A DNA stretch of 64,000 nt from Waterburya sp. (GTDB taxonomy: Bacteria; Cyanobacteriota; Cyanobacteriia; Cyanobacteriales; Xenococcaceae). The translations under genes and the position numbers were made by a program. The DNA lies in NCBI GenBank assembly GCA_965217895.1, contig CBDCJV010000002.1:1344001-1408000 (forward strand), read 5' to 3'. The notes beneath the pieces were generated by a model. That model was not told the origin of the DNA. It did not search any database and saw nothing but the letters and a program-made list of their open reading frames with translations. Numbering within the stretch: the first letter of the stretch is position 1; each line of letters opens with the position of its first letter. Shown here one piece after another: positions 62,224-64,000 of the stretch.

Positions 62224-62523
62224 ATGAGGGTCAAAAATGTATGTTTTGCTCTAACTATCAATTTAGTAGCTTGGCTTAAGCCCAGTTCGACTTTTGCACT
62301 CCCGCCACCAGGAGACATTCCCGAAGAAATATTGCGTACAGAAATTATTTTAGAAGGGCGATCGCCAGTAGACGGAAAACCCTTGTCTGCGGCTGAATAC
62401 GCAGAATTACAGGCACGGTTGGCTCAAAGTGCTTTTCCCCCCGAAATTGCCCCAAATCTTCGCGAACTAATATTTTTGTTACAGCTCAGAAAATTTATTA
62501 AAACTATAATTCCTTTTTATTAA
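62224..62523 (+). CDS. Conserved cyanobacterial hypothetical protein with signal peptide
   Basis: ALPP..D.PEE.LRTEII.E.RSP.DG.PL.AAEYA.L, IFLL.LR pattern. Confidence 0.75.
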   Translation: MRVKNVCFALTINLVAWLKPSSTFALPPPGDIPEEILRTEIILEGRSPVDGKPLSAAEYAELQARLAQSAFPPEIAPNLRELIFLLQLRKFIKTIIPFY

Positions 62524-62712
62524 TCCTTTTTGTCTAAAAATCAATAAACTTTTTATATACTGCTTAAAAATAGTTAAAGTATGTATACAAATGTTTTAAA
62601 AAAAACAACAAAACAAACTTAGCTGTTCAAACCAGCGTCATCTGACGTTTAGACAGCATATTTTAATAATCTCACTGCTCTAGTAAATATTTAGTTAGAT
62701 CCTGCTACTTTA

Positions 62713-64000
62713 ATGTCTTCAATCATAGCTCCCGAACAAGTCAATCAGATCGTCCACAACCTTCATCATAATCCTTTTGAAATATTAGGTCGCCATCCTA
62801 ATGAACAAAACGGCAAAGTAGAAAGTTGGGTAATTCGAGCTTATCTGCCTGATGCTAGTGCTGCTTGGGTAGTTTGCCCAGAAGAAAGAACAGAATATCC
62901 CATGAAGTCTATGCACCATCCTCACTTCTTTGTCTGTGTGGTGCAAAATCCAAACCTAGCTAATTATCAGCTACGCATAAAAGAAGGAGAAAACGAAAGA
63001 GTTATTTATGATCCTTATGCCTTTTCTTCCCCTAGAATTACCGACTTAGATATTCATTTGTTCGCTGAAGGCAATCATCATCGTATTTACGAAAAGTTAG
63101 GCGCACATCACACCCAGATTGATAATGTTGAAGGCGTGTATTTTGCCCTCTGGGCTCCCAATGCTCGTAATGCTTCTGTGCTGGGTGATTTTAATAGCTG
63201 GGACGGCAGAAAACACCAGATGCGCAAGGGAAGCAGTGGTATTTGGGAATTATTTGTCCCTGAACTGACTATCGGTGCGTCATATAAATATGAAGTAAAA
63301 AATTGGGAAGGACACATCTACGAAAAGTCTGACCCCTATGGCTTTCAACAAGAAGTTAGACCTAAAACCGCTTCTATTGTTGCCGATCTTGATAGCTACA
63401 GTTGGAATGACGCAGAGTGGATGGAGAAGCGTCGCCATAGTGTGCCTTTAGATCAGCCTATTTCTGTCTATGAGCTTCATCTTGGTTCTTGGATGCACGG
63501 TTCGGCAGATGAACCCACAAAGCTACTATCAGGTATATCTGAACCTGTAAGTGCCTCAGAATCTAAGCAAGGCGCTCGTTTTTTAAGCTACTACGAATTA
63601 GTTGATAAATTAATTCCCTATGTTAAAGAATTAGGCTATACCCATATAGAGGTTTTACCCATCGCCGAACACCCTTTTGACGGTTCTTGGGGATACCAGG
63701 TTACGGGTTACTATGCTCCTACCTCTCGCTATGGTGATCCCGAAGATTTGATGTATTTCATCGATCAGTGTCACAAAAATGACATTGGGGTAATTGTAGA
63801 CTGGGTTCCTGGTCATTTCCCCAAAGATGGTCATGGTCTGGCGTTTTTTGATGGTACTCATCTTTATGAACACGGAGATCCTCGCAAGGGAGAACATAAA
63901 GGCTGGGGAACGCTTGTTTTTAACTATGGTCGTAACGAAGTCCGCAACTTCCTTGTAGCTAATGCTTTATTTTGGTTCGACAAATATCATATCGACGGTA
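62713..64000 (+). CDS. glgB: 1,4-alpha-glucan branching enzyme (3' end outside the window)
   Basis: Hand translation from ATG 62713: PFEILG.HP, LFAEGNHHRIYEKLGAH, WAPNA, SDPYG, VYELHLGSW, HPFDGSWGYQ, DWVPGHFPKD. Confidence 0.96.
   Translation, partial: MSSIIAPEQVNQIVHNLHHNPFEILGRHPNEQNGKVESWVIRAYLPDASAAWVVCPEERTEYPMKSMHHPHFFVCVVQNPNLANYQLRIKEGENERVIYDPYAFSSPRITDLDIHLFAEGNHHRIYEKLGAHHTQIDNVEGVYFALWAPNARNASVLGDFNSWDGRKHQMRKGSSGIWELFVPELTIGASYKYEVKNWEGHIYEKSDPYGFQQEVRPKTASIVADLDSYSWNDAEWMEKRRHSVPLDQPISVYELHLGSWMHGSADEPTKLLSGISEPVSASESKQGARFLSYYELVDKLIPYVKELGYTHIEVLPIAEHPFDGSWGYQVTGYYAPTSRYGDPEDLMYFIDQCHKNDIGVIVDWVPGHFPKDGHGLAFFDGTHLYEHGDPRKGEHKGWGTLVFNYGRNEVRNFLVANALFWFDKYHIDG

Larger units (their letters stand above)
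1..64000. repeat. HIP1 octamer GCGATCGC dispersed throughout
   Basis: Dozens of copies in coding and intergenic DNA, e.g. 1921, 17391, 22503, 23123, 35370. Confidence 0.95.

Overview
This is cyanobacterial chromosomal DNA: the HIP1 octamer GCGATCGC occurs throughout, and phycobilisome, PSII and pedR genes are present. A Pleurocapsales-like origin is my guess, not a demonstrated fact. Most of the window is core genes: rnj (5'-truncated), pyk, pedR, nblA-cpcS-cpcG, rluD, obgE, pgi, a phosphoketolase, speB, trmH-tRNA-Leu-murA, msrA, a two-component pair, gabD, acpP-fabF-tkt, psbK, a cysteine desulfurase, sdhA/frdA and glgB (3'-truncated). Small accessory blocks lie between them. The most notable observations are: (1) a MotA/ZorA-like plus MotB/ZorB-like ion-channel motor pair (57967-60057) in a non-flagellated lineage, with no ZorC/D/E but a NYN-domain nuclease-like gene 2 kb upstream; (2) two nested stacks of ~40-45 nt hairpin elements (34998-35275, 42628-42930), whose empty parent element sits at 26136-26172 and one of whose modules shows compensatory base changes; (3) a ~5 kb five-gene block bracketed by inverted IS982-type ends (2238-7256); (4) probable ATT starts for murA and rluD; (5) a half attC-like site, a toxin-antitoxin pair flanked by HIP1-anchored direct repeats, a Cys-less redoxin, a tRNA-Leu(CAG) with A37 and several pseudogenes. 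All family calls come from recognising motifs by eye; no searches were run.
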